Assembly (NCBI GenBank): GCA_937965695.1 | Contig: CALCKW010000007.1 | Location: 7,106 to 71,105, forward strand | DNA length: 64,000 bases | Origin: an uncultured Granulosicoccaceae bacterium | Lineage (GTDB): Bacteria; Pseudomonadota; Gammaproteobacteria; CALCKW01 | Direction: 5' to 3' | Shown here: positions 30,515 through 40,827 of the stretch, piece by piece | How the letters are laid out: each line of letters begins with the position of its first letter | Numbering within the stretch: position 1 is the first letter of the stretch | Made by a program: the position numbers and the translations under genes | The notes under the pieces: generated by a model | What the model was told of the DNA's origin: nothing | What the model saw: the letters and a program-made list of their open reading frames with translations, nothing else | Databases searched by the model: none

Positions 30515-31822
30515 TTGAACTCTAAAAACAATCCGAAGGAAGAAATTCACTGGCAAGTGACGGCCAATCCCCCACCGGAGTCTAGTGCCATCTCATCCGA
30601 TCTTACGGTTGACACCGTCGTCATCGGCGGAGGTTTGACTGGGTGCAGAACCACTCTGGGACTGGCGGAAAGCGGGATGTCTGTTGCGCTTTTGGACGCT
30701 CATGACATTGGCTGGGGTGCTTCCGGCCGAAGCGGTGGTCAATGCAATCCGATATGGCGTGAAACACCTGAGCAACTGATCAAGAGATTTGGTGAGTCCC
30801 AAGCTGAGCGTCTAATTAATACGACCATTAATTCAGCTGATGCTCTTTTCTCGGACATTGCAAAGTACAAAATAAATTGTGATGCAGTGCAGGCTGGTTG
30901 GCTGCAAAATGCACACAGCACTGCCGCTGTAAAATCGCTAGAAAAACTGGCCTCTGGATGGTCAGCGGCTGGTGCTACTATCGAATCCATCGAGGGAGAT
31001 GCACTGAGGCAAGCAACAGGTTCACCGGCATATAACTTTGGACTACGCCACGCTGCAGGTGGTCACGTACACCCACTGTCATTGACCAGAGGTTATGCGC
31101 AAGTAGCCCAAGAGAAAGGTGCTCAGCTTTTCAGCAATAGCCCCGTCACTTCAATCGAACAAAAAGGCAAGCAGTGGAAGGTTAAATGCCCGAATGGTTC
31201 GCTCACGGCCGAAAGGGTTGTCTTGGCCACAAACGCGTATTCAAAAGACTTGTTGCCAGGCTTGCAACAAACTTTTCTACCCATGGTTAGCATTGCCATT
31301 GCAACCGAACCACTGACAGCGGATCTTCAAGCGCAAATTTTGCCGAAAAAAGTGACATTCTCTGATTCTCGCTTGGCAATCTATTTTGCGCGATACGATG
31401 CAGACGGTCGTTTGATTTTCGGCTGCGTCGGCAGCAGTGAAACGGTCGGTACACTCGGTGGCCACCAGCGCTTGCGACAGGGGTTACTCACCGTATTTCC
31501 TGAGCTTAAAAACACCAAATTAGAGCGAACTTGGGCCGGAAGAATAGCGGTCACTCCCGAAATGATGCCGCACTTGCACGAGCCTGCACCGGGTCTGCTG
31601 GCGGCGGTCGGTTTTAGCGGTCGCGGTATTGCCATGACATCTGTGATGGGTCGAACCTTGAGTGCAAAAATACTCGGTGCGGAAGACAATACTCTGCCGT
31701 TCCCGGTCACGCCTCTAGAAAAGGTGCCCATGCACGCAATCTTGCGTAGAGTGTTACCGTTATCTGCACCAGCCATGAGCTTAAAAGACAAACTAGATAC
31801 GGTCTTGCAGAAAGCTAAATAA
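30515..31822 (+). CDS. FAD-dependent amine/amino-acid oxidoreductase (PuuB/OrdL-like)
   Basis: 'IGGGLTG', 'GWGASGRSGGQ', 'VHPLSLTRG', 'GFSGRGIAM'. Confidence 0.88.
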   Translation: MNSKNNPKEEIHWQVTANPPPESSAISSDLTVDTVVIGGGLTGCRTTLGLAESGMSVALLDAHDIGWGASGRSGGQCNPIWRETPEQLIKRFGESQAERLINTTINSADALFSDIAKYKINCDAVQAGWLQNAHSTAAVKSLEKLASGWSAAGATIESIEGDALRQATGSPAYNFGLRHAAGGHVHPLSLTRGYAQVAQEKGAQLFSNSPVTSIEQKGKQWKVKCPNGSLTAERVVLATNAYSKDLLPGLQQTFLPMVSIAIATEPLTADLQAQILPKKVTFSDSRLAIYFARYDADGRLIFGCVGSSETVGTLGGHQRLRQGLLTVFPELKNTKLERTWAGRIAVTPEMMPHLHEPAPGLLAAVGFSGRGIAMTSVMGRTLSAKILGAEDNTLPFPVTPLEKVPMHAILRRVLPLSAPAMSLKDKLDTVLQKAK

Positions 31823-31893
31823 GCGGCGAGTATTCATAACTATTTTATGAATAAAAACATCCAAATTTTTAATAACAGAGTGATTTTTAAGCC

Positions 31894-32247
31894 ATGACAA
31901 CACTGACAAAATTTGCAGATTGCGACACAGCAGCAGTGATCAAAGATACCACAGAGGTCACTATATCAGGCGCACCTGAGCACACAGCATGGCCGCACTT
32001 TGTCAGCAGCGACGGGCGTACAAAATCAGGCATGTGGCAAAGCACAGCGGGTGTTTTTCATGGCCCGATAAACAACCAAGTAGAGTTCTGCCACATTCTG
32101 GAAGGCGAGGCATTGATCAAGACAGAAGACGGGAAAGAATTTACCGTGCGAGCCGGTGACGCTTTCACCATGGACAACGGCTTACAACCTATCTGGCATG
32201 TGCACGAGTTCGTGAAAAAGCACTACGTGATAGTGGCAGCAGACTGA
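31894..32247 (+). CDS. Cupin domain protein (DUF861 / Cupin_3)
   Basis: 'SGMWQSTAG', 'EFCHILEG', 'AGDAF', 'W..HEFVKKHYV'. Confidence 0.88.
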   Translation: MTTLTKFADCDTAAVIKDTTEVTISGAPEHTAWPHFVSSDGRTKSGMWQSTAGVFHGPINNQVEFCHILEGEALIKTEDGKEFTVRAGDAFTMDNGLQPIWHVHEFVKKHYVIVAAD

Positions 32248-32379
32248 ACCTTTAATCGGTATGAAAAGAGTGTCTGCTCAGTTACCTTCGGATGCTCACA
32301 AACGAAGCAAACGATTAAATCCCGTTGAGTAAATAAAGTAGATCCTTCTCGCTAAAGAGAATAACTTTTTTGTGAGCAA

Positions 32380-33813
32380 TTAGGACGTATTGCGTATACT
32401 TTGCCAAGCATCAAGTGCTCGTTCACGTCCTTCTTTGAGATCAACAATAGGGGCTGGGTAGTGCTCATCTATGTTGCAGCTACTAGCTTGTTGCATACGT
32501 TGATCCATCAACCACGGTTCGTGGATGAATTTCTTAGGCACTTTTTTCAGCTGCGGTAACCACCGACGGACATACTCGCCATTGGGGTCGAATTTTTTAC
32601 CTTGGCCCACTGGGTTAAACACTCTAAAAAATGGCGATGCATCAGCGCCACATCCAGCTGTCCACTGCCACCCCTGTGTGTTCGACGCGATATCCGCATC
32701 CACGAGCGTTTGCATAAACCAGTCAGCGCCTTCTTGCCAAGGTTGCATTAGGTGTTTAACTAAAAAAGACGCGACAATCATGCGCACACGGTTGTGCATC
32801 CAGCCGGTGTGCCATAGTTCCATCATGCCAGCGTCAATGATGGGGTAACCCGTCTTTCCGCGTTGCCAAGCGTTCAACAAATCTTGGTCTTTTTTCCAGG
32901 GAAAGTGATTGAAGTTTGCTTGCATGGGTTGATCTAGACAATGCGGGAAGTGATACAGCAAATATGTAGAGAACTCACGCCAACCTAATTCCGCCACTAA
33001 CTTTCGACGGCCATGTGCCTGCTCTACGGATTCTTGTTTAAGACGTTTGGGATCTTCCAATATTGCTATCAGCTCGCCTACGCCAATCATCCCCGAACGT
33101 AAAAAGGGCGATAGTCGGGTGGTCCCCGCTCGATCAGGCCGATCCCGATCAGCGTCGTAATTCTCAATGGGGACGTCGATAAAGGATTGAAACTCTTGCA
33201 GCGCATGTTCTCTGCTGGGTTTCCAATGATCACCGAACTCACTATCCCAGCCAATTTCAGACAGCATGTTCAGTTGTCCTAAAGTCAGAGAGTCATTAAC
33301 AGATGCCCAGTTGATGACCTCTAAACTGTCACCCGCTGGGATAGGCAGACCCTTTTCTACACAGGCGCGCCAGTAGGGAGTAAATACTCGGTACGGCTTT
33401 CCAGACTTGTTGAGCAGTGTCCAGGGCTCTAGTAGAAGCGAGCCATTGAAAGAACTCACCGCTATACCCTGATCTTTTAAAACGGTTTTTAGCGCGGTGT
33501 CTTGTGCCATTTCTACTGGCGTGTAACGCCGATTCCAAAAGACAGCGCTAATGCCATGATCATCTATCACACGTTGCAGAACTAATTTGGATTCGCCCTG
33601 ATAAAGGGCCAACTGCCCGCCAATCGATTCGATCGATTGCGCAAGTTCAGCCAAAGCATAATGATTCCACCAACTCGACGCGCTAGCGCGCAAGTCAGTA
33701 CGCTCATCAATATACACGGCCAACACACGATAGCCGGCCGAAATCGCGGCCTGTAATGCGGGATTGCTCTGTAACCGCAAATCGTTTCTAAACCAGACGA
33801 CGGCTGTTTTCAT
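32380..33813 (-). CDS. phrB: Deoxyribodipyrimidine (CPD) photolyase
   Basis: 'WFRNDLRLQSNPAL', 'TTRLSPFL', 'WREF', 'GWMHNRVRMIVASFL', 'WQWTAGCG'. Confidence 0.93.
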   Translation of the reverse strand: MKTAVVWFRNDLRLQSNPALQAAISAGYRVLAVYIDERTDLRASASSWWNHYALAELAQSIESIGGQLALYQGESKLVLQRVIDDHGISAVFWNRRYTPVEMAQDTALKTVLKDQGIAVSSFNGSLLLEPWTLLNKSGKPYRVFTPYWRACVEKGLPIPAGDSLEVINWASVNDSLTLGQLNMLSEIGWDSEFGDHWKPSREHALQEFQSFIDVPIENYDADRDRPDRAGTTRLSPFLRSGMIGVGELIAILEDPKRLKQESVEQAHGRRKLVAELGWREFSTYLLYHFPHCLDQPMQANFNHFPWKKDQDLLNAWQRGKTGYPIIDAGMMELWHTGWMHNRVRMIVASFLVKHLMQPWQEGADWFMQTLVDADIASNTQGWQWTAGCGADASPFFRVFNPVGQGKKFDPNGEYVRRWLPQLKKVPKKFIHEPWLMDQRMQQASSCNIDEHYPAPIVDLKEGRERALDAWQSIRNTS

Positions 33814-34028
33814 TTTCGTTATACCGAGTATGTTTAATTAGTTTAAGTCATGCCATCTGGCTGTCACATTTGTGAAGCGAGTCGCCGTCAACAAGAAAGT
33901 TACCAGAGCGCATGACACCCGTATTGTCGCACCTATCGGTCTAGCTTCCGTACACTGGGTACAAATCGCGACAACTTGCTCCAATTCTGGGAAAATCTAT
34001 CGGATATTAACAACGAGCTTCGCAACTC

Positions 34029-34985
34029 ATGGTAGAAACCCTTCGAATCGCCACACGTCAGAGCCCCCTTGCCCTTTGGCAAGCTGAAGACGCAGCAGCC
34101 CGCCTGCGTGCTGAACACCCAGATCTGACTGTCGAGCTAGTCACTATGGTGACACGTGGCGACAAGTTACTCGACAGCCCGCTGGCGAAAATTGGCGGCA
34201 AAGGCCTGTTTGTGAAGGAGCTAGAAACAGCCATCTATGAAGGTCGAGCCGACATCGCTGTGCACTCCATGAAAGACGTGCCATCAGTGCTACCAGAGGG
34301 TTTACATCTAGCAACAATTATCGAACGCGAGAACCCACACGACGCACTGGTAAGTAACAAATATAAAAGCATTAATGCGCTGCCAAAAGGCGCAATTTTA
34401 GGGACAAGCAGTCTTAGACGCGAAGTACTAATGCGCAAATGCCGACCAGATCTGCAGTTCAAAACTCTGCGCGGGAATGTAAACACTCGCTTGAGTAAAT
34501 TGGATGCGGGCGAGTACGACGCCATCGTGTTGGCTTGTGCTGGGCTTCAGCGCTTAGACATGGACGATCGCATAGCGCAGGAACTGCCACCAGAAATCAG
34601 CCTACCAGCAGTTGGTCAGGGTGCGGTTGGCATTGAGTGCCGAGTAGACGATAAGCGTATCAACGCCTTGTTGGCGCCGCTGCATCACAAGGATACTGCT
34701 ACACGTGTGCTTGCCGAACGTGCCATGAACTACCACCTCGACGGAGGCTGTCAGGTGCCGATTGCTGGGTACTCGATGCTTGAAGGTAATCAACTTTGGA
34801 TGCGTGGTATGGTTGGCGGTCCGCGAGACGACCGCTACTACGAAGCAGAAATCCGCGGCGCAGTTGGCAATGCTAACAACATCGGGCTGGCTGTCGCACA
34901 AGCGCTGTTAGATCAAGGAGCAGGTGACCTCCTCCGTGAATTAGGTCTTCAGCCAGGGCAACGAGTTGACGGTGCGAAGCGATAA
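34029..34985 (+). CDS. hemC: Hydroxymethylbilane synthase
   Basis: '[14 protein letters not shown]', '[11 protein letters not shown]', 'AVHSMKD', 'GGCQVPIAG'. Confidence 0.98.
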   Translation: MVETLRIATRQSPLALWQAEDAAARLRAEHPDLTVELVTMVTRGDKLLDSPLAKIGGKGLFVKELETAIYEGRADIAVHSMKDVPSVLPEGLHLATIIERENPHDALVSNKYKSINALPKGAILGTSSLRREVLMRKCRPDLQFKTLRGNVNTRLSKLDAGEYDAIVLACAGLQRLDMDDRIAQELPPEISLPAVGQGAVGIECRVDDKRINALLAPLHHKDTATRVLAERAMNYHLDGGCQVPIAGYSMLEGNQLWMRGMVGGPRDDRYYEAEIRGAVGNANNIGLAVAQALLDQGAGDLLRELGLQPGQRVDGAKR

Positions 34986-35763
34986 AAAAATACTACAGCC
35001 CACACGGGTACTCGTCACTCGGCCTGAGCATCAAGCAGATGGATTTTGCCAATTGTTACAAGATGCTGGGTTTGAGCCTTTGCGGTGCCCCACGGTCGAG
35101 ATAAGTAACGTGCAAAACAAGGTGCTCGCTGCTGAACAATTGATGGCAATTAGCGACGCTGATATCGTGATTTTTACCAGTGCGAATGCTGTACGGTACG
35201 CCGAAAAAATCACCTCACTAAAAGATACGATTGCAGAAAACGCCAAAGTATTGGCTATCGGCCCAGCGACAGCAGCAACGCTTAGCCAATGCGGGCTAGA
35301 AGCCCAGCTGCCCGAGCAGAACTTCAGTAGCGCTGGCTTGCTGGCGATGAAAACGCTGCATAATGTCATCGGAAAAACGGTCATAGTTATAAGAGGCTGC
35401 GGTGGCCTGGCCACACTGCCAGACGCTTTACACTCAGCAGGTGCCAATTTAGGTATTGCAGAGGTCTATCAGCGACGAATCCCCGCAAGTGATTCAATTT
35501 TGAGACGCCTTTTCCATTCCGAATTGCCACAGATCATAAGCACCACGAGTAACGAGACGCTCTCGAACCTTGTTACACTAACACCTGTGGAAGAGCGCCC
35601 GCGGCTGTGGCAGTTACCTGTTATCGTCAACAGCAAAAGAGGCGAACAGTTAGCGTATTCGCTTGGCTTTAGCGACGACATCCTGCGCGCTAGCCCCGTT
35701 AGTGATTACGGACAGATCAATACACTTAAAGCTTGGATAACCCAGAGACTCACACAGCGATGA
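34966..35763 (+). CDS. hemD: Uroporphyrinogen-III synthase
   Basis: 'VLVTRP', 'IFTSANAV', 'AIGPATA', 'EVYQR'; follows hemC. Confidence 0.93.
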   Translation: MTVRSDKKILQPTRVLVTRPEHQADGFCQLLQDAGFEPLRCPTVEISNVQNKVLAAEQLMAISDADIVIFTSANAVRYAEKITSLKDTIAENAKVLAIGPATAATLSQCGLEAQLPEQNFSSAGLLAMKTLHNVIGKTVIVIRGCGGLATLPDALHSAGANLGIAEVYQRRIPASDSILRRLFHSELPQIISTTSNETLSNLVTLTPVEERPRLWQLPVIVNSKRGEQLAYSLGFSDDILRASPVSDYGQINTLKAWITQRLTQR

Positions 35764-37172
35764 AAACTCAATATACGGCCGACAAACCCGCCAAGGCCGA
35801 ACAAGGGGAAACCCCAGCCGCCAGCAAGAGCAGCGGTGGCGGAAAAGGAAATGGATTAACACTCGTAGCTTTGGCCGTGGCAGTCGCCGCCGCCGGTGGT
35901 GCTTGGTACAACAACACTCAGCTTGGCAAACAAGTGGGCCAGCTGCAGCAAGTCATAGAAGAACAAAAAGATAGTCTGCAAACCGCTTTGAGTGAGCAGT
36001 CTGAGAAATCTTCTTCCGCTGTTAGTGGTTTGGATCAAAAGGCGACTGAACTAGCTACAGCGCTTGATGAGAAAACCGTAAGTTTGGGGGACCGGGCAAC
36101 CGCCCTCGAAGAGCAGACCACGAACCTGCAAGGTGCCACTAAAGCTCTCTCGGGCGACATTGAAAGCGCACGCACAGCCTTGACAGAAGCGATGCAGAGC
36201 AAAGCAACAGAGCTTACCTCTTCCATGGAAACGCGCAGCGCTGACATGAATACGGCATTAGAGGCTCGGTCAGCCGAGTTGCTAGCCCAGCTAACTGAAG
36301 CACGCGAGACCATGTCTCAGTCTTTGGACTCACGCAGTCAAGAGATTACGGGCCTCGTCGAAACTCGAACAAACGAGCTGAGCAACAGTCTGCAAGATAC
36401 GCAGATGAAACTTAACCGCAATCAGCGTTCGTGGTTATTGTCTGAAGTAGAATATCTGCTGCGTACCTCAGTGCATCGCGTCATGCTAGCTGGTGATACC
36501 GACTCTGCTGTCGAGGCATTAAAAGCTGCTAAAAGCCAGCTCAGTGTTTTGGGAGAAGTCGAGTATCTACCGGTTACACACGAGATTGGCGAAGAGATAA
36601 CCGAACTTCGCAGCACTGACCAACCAGATATAGAGCAGTTAATCCTTTCTCTGAGAAAACTTTCCGATCAAACGGGTGAGCTGCGTATGGCTAAGCCTGA
36701 AGAAGAGATAGAAGAAGCACCAGTTGAGGAGGTTGCTGATACAGAAACAGCCGAAGCTACAACTGGAAGTGTGGCCAAAGAGGGTATCGGTTCTGTTGTC
36801 AGTGGTTTGTTCAGCAATATTCAACAGCATATTTCTGTAAAGACTCCCGAAGGTACACAGTTTGGTAACCGCGAAGAAAACTCCGTTTTCGCGCCGACCA
36901 CCGAAGAGAGCACCAATGCTGAGTTGATCAAACTCAACTTGCAGGCCGCTCAGCTTGCAGCCTTACGGAGAGATCAAAACGACTACACCGCGCAGCTCGA
37001 TAAGGCGCGTTCAAACGTTAAATCAATTTACGACCCTGAATCGGAACTAACGACTGCATTTATTAAGCAGATTGATTTGCTGACCGAAAAGACCGTCGTC
37101 CCTTACACCGAAAAACTGGGCGGAGCCTTACGTTTGCTTCGTGAAACCAACAAAAAACTTGGAGCAAATTAA
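35760..37172 (+). CDS. hemX: HemX-family membrane protein with an expanded coiled-coil / repeat region
   Basis: N-terminal TM; 'WLLSEVEYLLR..LAGDTDSAVEALKAA' HemX motif; hemCD-X-Y order; ATGA overlap with hemD. Confidence 0.8.
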   Translation: MKTQYTADKPAKAEQGETPAASKSSGGGKGNGLTLVALAVAVAAAGGAWYNNTQLGKQVGQLQQVIEEQKDSLQTALSEQSEKSSSAVSGLDQKATELATALDEKTVSLGDRATALEEQTTNLQGATKALSGDIESARTALTEAMQSKATELTSSMETRSADMNTALEARSAELLAQLTEARETMSQSLDSRSQEITGLVETRTNELSNSLQDTQMKLNRNQRSWLLSEVEYLLRTSVHRVMLAGDTDSAVEALKAAKSQLSVLGEVEYLPVTHEIGEEITELRSTDQPDIEQLILSLRKLSDQTGELRMAKPEEEIEEAPVEEVADTETAEATTGSVAKEGIGSVVSGLFSNIQQHISVKTPEGTQFGNREENSVFAPTTEESTNAELIKLNLQAAQLAALRRDQNDYTAQLDKARSNVKSIYDPESELTTAFIKQIDLLTEKTVVPYTEKLGGALRLLRETNKKLGAN

Positions 37173-38344
37173 TGAAGGCTTTTTTACTGGTCCTCTTCCT
37201 GAGTGCTTTGGCGATCATTGCAGCAATATTTTTACACCAAGATGCCGGCTCTGTGCAGGTTCAATTCCAAGGTAATAGCTTTGCTGCACCTTTGGTCTAT
37301 GTATTCTTCGGAATCATCATCGCATTCCTAGCGCTTTACATTTTATTTAGAATTGTCGGCATGCTGTTCCGTGCTCCATCTAGCTTCGGCAAAGCACTGG
37401 ATCGTCGTGCGGCTGATTCTGCATCTGAGCGTTTAGTCACTGGCACTTTAGAGTTAAACGAAGGTAAATTCACCAGTGCAGAAAAACAACTGATCAAGGA
37501 CGTACCTGAAGGTCCTACCGCTGCTCTACACTACATCGCTGCAGCAGAAGCTGCCGAAGCTCGAAACAAGCCTGAGCAACGTGATCAATACCTCAAACAA
37601 GCGGTTGAGCACAACCAATCAGCAAAGTTTGGTATCGACTTGAACGAAGCAAAGCGATTACTAGAAGCAGGTGAGGCCAACGCTGCTCTTGAAATTGTTC
37701 GTCCCTTGGTCAAGTCGCGACCGAAGAACTCACGTGCCTTTGCTTTGCTTGGAAAATCTCTAGCAGCCTCCGGTAACTGGTCAGAGTTAAATGACCTACT
37801 GCCAGATTTGCGCAAACGTACCGTCTACAGTGAAAGCGAAATAGATTCCATAGAAGCCAAGACTGGCGCTTCTCTACTAGCTTCCGCAGAAGATTCAGAA
37901 CTTGAAAGTGTCTGGAAAAGCCTGACCAATGAGGCACGTGATCTACCTGTACTGCTCAGCATGTACGCAAAGCGCCTACAAGCAAGTGGGCAAGGTGAAG
38001 TAGCAGAGCGCACTTTGCGTACAACTCTCAACAAGAAATGGGTACCTGAGCTTGTGGGCACTTATGCCACAACTGAGGCTGCAAAAGCAGACCAACAGCT
38101 CTCTCAACTGCAAAAATGGATCGAAGAACATGGCGAGAATGCAAATCTATTAGCAGCCGCAGGTCAGGTAAGTGTTCGTGAAGAGCTATGGGGTAAAGCG
38201 CATAGCTATCTAGAGCAAGCTGCAAAATTAGGTGACTCAGCGGCGATTCAACAAGCTTTGTCAAAAATTGCAGATAACAAAGGCGATGCTGACGCTTCTC
38301 GAGCTCACTTAGAGCGAGGCTTAAGCTTGGCGCTTAAAGGCTAA
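37172..38344 (+). CDS. hemY: HemY N-terminal domain / TPR protein
   Basis: Two N-terminal TMs, TPR-like helices, 'LWGKAHSYLE'; follows hemX. Confidence 0.87.
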   Translation: MKAFLLVLFLSALAIIAAIFLHQDAGSVQVQFQGNSFAAPLVYVFFGIIIAFLALYILFRIVGMLFRAPSSFGKALDRRAADSASERLVTGTLELNEGKFTSAEKQLIKDVPEGPTAALHYIAAAEAAEARNKPEQRDQYLKQAVEHNQSAKFGIDLNEAKRLLEAGEANAALEIVRPLVKSRPKNSRAFALLGKSLAASGNWSELNDLLPDLRKRTVYSESEIDSIEAKTGASLLASAEDSELESVWKSLTNEARDLPVLLSMYAKRLQASGQGEVAERTLRTTLNKKWVPELVGTYATTEAAKADQQLSQLQKWIEEHGENANLLAAAGQVSVREELWGKAHSYLEQAAKLGDSAAIQQALSKIADNKGDADASRAHLERGLSLALKG

Positions 38345-38362
38345 CGAGCCAAGCCTACTTAA

Positions 38363-38388
38363 GGTGCCGCAAACAGCGGCATCTTTTT
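38363..38388 (+). terminator. Terminator after hemY
   Basis: ggtgccgc-aaaca-gcggcatc followed by ttttt. Confidence 0.7.
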
Positions 38389-38741
38389 CCAACAGTCACT
38401 CTCGTATTAACGACTCAATCCCGCACGTGTTTCTCTTCATAGCCCCCTACAAATAATGTTTCACTTCTTTTTCTACCGTCGTAATTAGGATTTAGTTGGT
38501 TTTAAATCACTGAAATCCCTAAACAAGCGCGCGCCCTTATAATCTGTCTTATCAACAAATGTCTGATAGTTTGTAAAGAACGACTTCTGAGGAACAGATT
38601 CATTGGTTCCGGTTATCCAATTACAAATTGCTAGGTCTTAGGGGGCCGCATATAAATAGAAATACAATATGCATCATCTCGCATATCAATAAGAAATTAT
38701 ACGTACAAACCTTTGTATCCAAGTAATTTAAGTATTGATTC

Positions 38742-39335
38742 TTGTCGCCCGATAATCTCGCTAGACATACGAATAGTAAACTGAGTATTCCTTTGATATT
38801 TCACAAACTCGGACTGAAGGGAAGCCAAAACTTTTCAATTAATCAACGTGGGTTTACTTTGATAGAACTACTCATTGTTGTTGTCATCCTCTCCTCTTTA
38901 GCCACACTAGTCCTACCGAATTTCAGTAACTCTGTCGCTGTTTCCCAAAATAGTGCTGTGAATCAAAATGTGAAAATCGTGCAGGCAGCCCTGGACAGAT
39001 TTCATGCCTCTCAGGGGTTCTATCCTGGACCTAGCAACTGGGGATCAATTTGCAAAGGGTTCAATAGGAATTTCTATGCATCAACCAAAGGAGAGCTTCT
39101 GCGTAATCGGCTAACCATGTACACAGATTCAAATGGGGTGGTTTGCGATTCTAGAATAGCTAGCGATGGAAAAAAGTACCTATACGGTCCGTATCTGCAC
39201 AAGGATCTTCCTATTAATCCCATAAAAAAGAGTAGCGAAGTTCAGGTTGTTGCCAACGAATCAATCCTTTCAGACCCCAAGTTTGGTTGGAGATACAACT
39301 ACAGTAGCGGAGAGTTTACTGCGACAAAAAACTAA
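38742..39335 (+). CDS. Prepilin-type N-terminal cleavage/methylation protein (GspG/pilin-like)
   Basis: 'QRGFTLIELLIVVVILSSLATLVLP' class III signal; start codon uncertain (TTG candidates only). Confidence 0.85.
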   Translation: MSPDNLARHTNSKLSIPLIFHKLGLKGSQNFSINQRGFTLIELLIVVVILSSLATLVLPNFSNSVAVSQNSAVNQNVKIVQAALDRFHASQGFYPGPSNWGSICKGFNRNFYASTKGELLRNRLTMYTDSNGVVCDSRIASDGKKYLYGPYLHKDLPINPIKKSSEVQVVANESILSDPKFGWRYNYSSGEFTATKN

Positions 39336-39355
39336 TTCGCTGAAATGTTTACAAA

Positions 39356-40819
39356 TTACAGTTTCAAGTCTGACCACATATCATCTACACGGTTTTTGAC
39401 TTCAATTGACATTTCAATGGGTTCCCCCCACTCGCGTGTCGTTTCACCCGACCATTTATTGGTGGCATCAATTCCCATTTTTGAACCCAACCCGGAAACT
39501 GGCGACGCAAAATCTAGATAATCTATCGGAGTGTTTTCAACCAAAGTCGTATCACGACTGGGGTCCACTCTTGTCGTAAGTGCCCAGATCACATCTTCCC
39601 AATTACGTACATCAATATCCTCATCCACCACGATGACGAACTTGGTATACATGAACTGGCGAAGATAGGACCAAACACCCATCATCACGCGCTTCGCATG
39701 ACCTGCGTAAGCCTTACGCATACTGACAACTGCCATGCGGTAGGAGCAGCCTTCGGGGGGCAGATAGAAGTCGACAATCTCGGGAAACTGCTTTTGCAAG
39801 ATTGGCACAAAAACTTCATTGAGTGCTACTCCCAGTATCGCGGGCTCATCAGGAGGGCGACCAGTGTAAGTACTATGATAAATCGGGTCTTTGCGCTGGG
39901 TGATGCGCTTTACTGTAAGTACAGGGAAGCTATCGACTTCGTTATAGTATCCTGTGTGATCACCAAAAGGGCCTTCTTCGGCCTCTTCTCCGGGTGTCAG
40001 TACACCTTCCAACACAATCTCGGCAGAGGCTGGCACCTGTAAGTCGGAATTAACACATTTTACAAGGCGAGTACGTTCTCCTCTCAGCAAGCCGGCAAAT
40101 GCATATTCAGATAGGCTATCGGGTACAGGCGTCACAGCACCTAGAATAGTGGCTGGGTCACAACCGAGCACTATAGCAATTGGAAACGGCTCTCCAGGTC
40201 GCTCGCGCTGCCAATCGGCATAGTCTAATGCGCCACCACGGTGTGCAAGCCAACGCATGATAGTTTTATCACGAGCTATAACCTGATTGCGGTAAATGCC
40301 TAAGTTTTGCCGTTTTTTTTCAGGCCCGCGTGTGACGACGAGCCCCCAAGTGATCAACGGGCCAGCATCGCCGGGCCAGCATGTCTGGATAGGGTAACGC
40401 CCTAAATCTATGTCGTCACCCGTGAACTGCAACTCCTGACAGACAGCGCTGCGAACAACCTTTGGCGCCATGTCCAGCACTTTGCGAAACACTGGCATGT
40501 TGTCCCAAGCGTCTTTCAGGCCCTTAGGTGGCTCGGGTTCCTTCAAGAAAGCGAGCAGCTTGCCCACTTCCCGTAATGCTTCAACAGAGTCTTCGCCCAT
40601 ACCCAATGCAACCCGCTTTGGTGTGCCAAACAAGTTGGCCAACACTGGGACATCAGAGCCTTTAGGGTTTTCAAACAGAATTGCAGGACCGCCTTTGCGT
40701 AGCACTCTGTCGCAAATTTCTGTCATTTCCAGCACTGGATCAACTTCGCGGTTGACCCGACGCAGTTCACCGATATCCTCCAAACGCTGGATGAAGTCTC
40801 GAAGATCGCGGTATTTCAT
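39356..40819 (-). CDS. ubiD: 4-hydroxy-3-polyprenylbenzoate decarboxylase
   Basis: 'MKYRDLRDF', 'RQNLGIYR', '[11 protein letters not shown]', '[10 protein letters not shown]'. Confidence 0.98.
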   Translation of the reverse strand: MKYRDLRDFIQRLEDIGELRRVNREVDPVLEMTEICDRVLRKGGPAILFENPKGSDVPVLANLFGTPKRVALGMGEDSVEALREVGKLLAFLKEPEPPKGLKDAWDNMPVFRKVLDMAPKVVRSAVCQELQFTGDDIDLGRYPIQTCWPGDAGPLITWGLVVTRGPEKKRQNLGIYRNQVIARDKTIMRWLAHRGGALDYADWQRERPGEPFPIAIVLGCDPATILGAVTPVPDSLSEYAFAGLLRGERTRLVKCVNSDLQVPASAEIVLEGVLTPGEEAEEGPFGDHTGYYNEVDSFPVLTVKRITQRKDPIYHSTYTGRPPDEPAILGVALNEVFVPILQKQFPEIVDFYLPPEGCSYRMAVVSMRKAYAGHAKRVMMGVWSYLRQFMYTKFVIVVDEDIDVRNWEDVIWALTTRVDPSRDTTLVENTPIDYLDFASPVSGLGSKMGIDATNKWSGETTREWGEPIEMSIEVKNRVDDMWSDLKL

Positions 40820-40827
40820 GGCGATCC

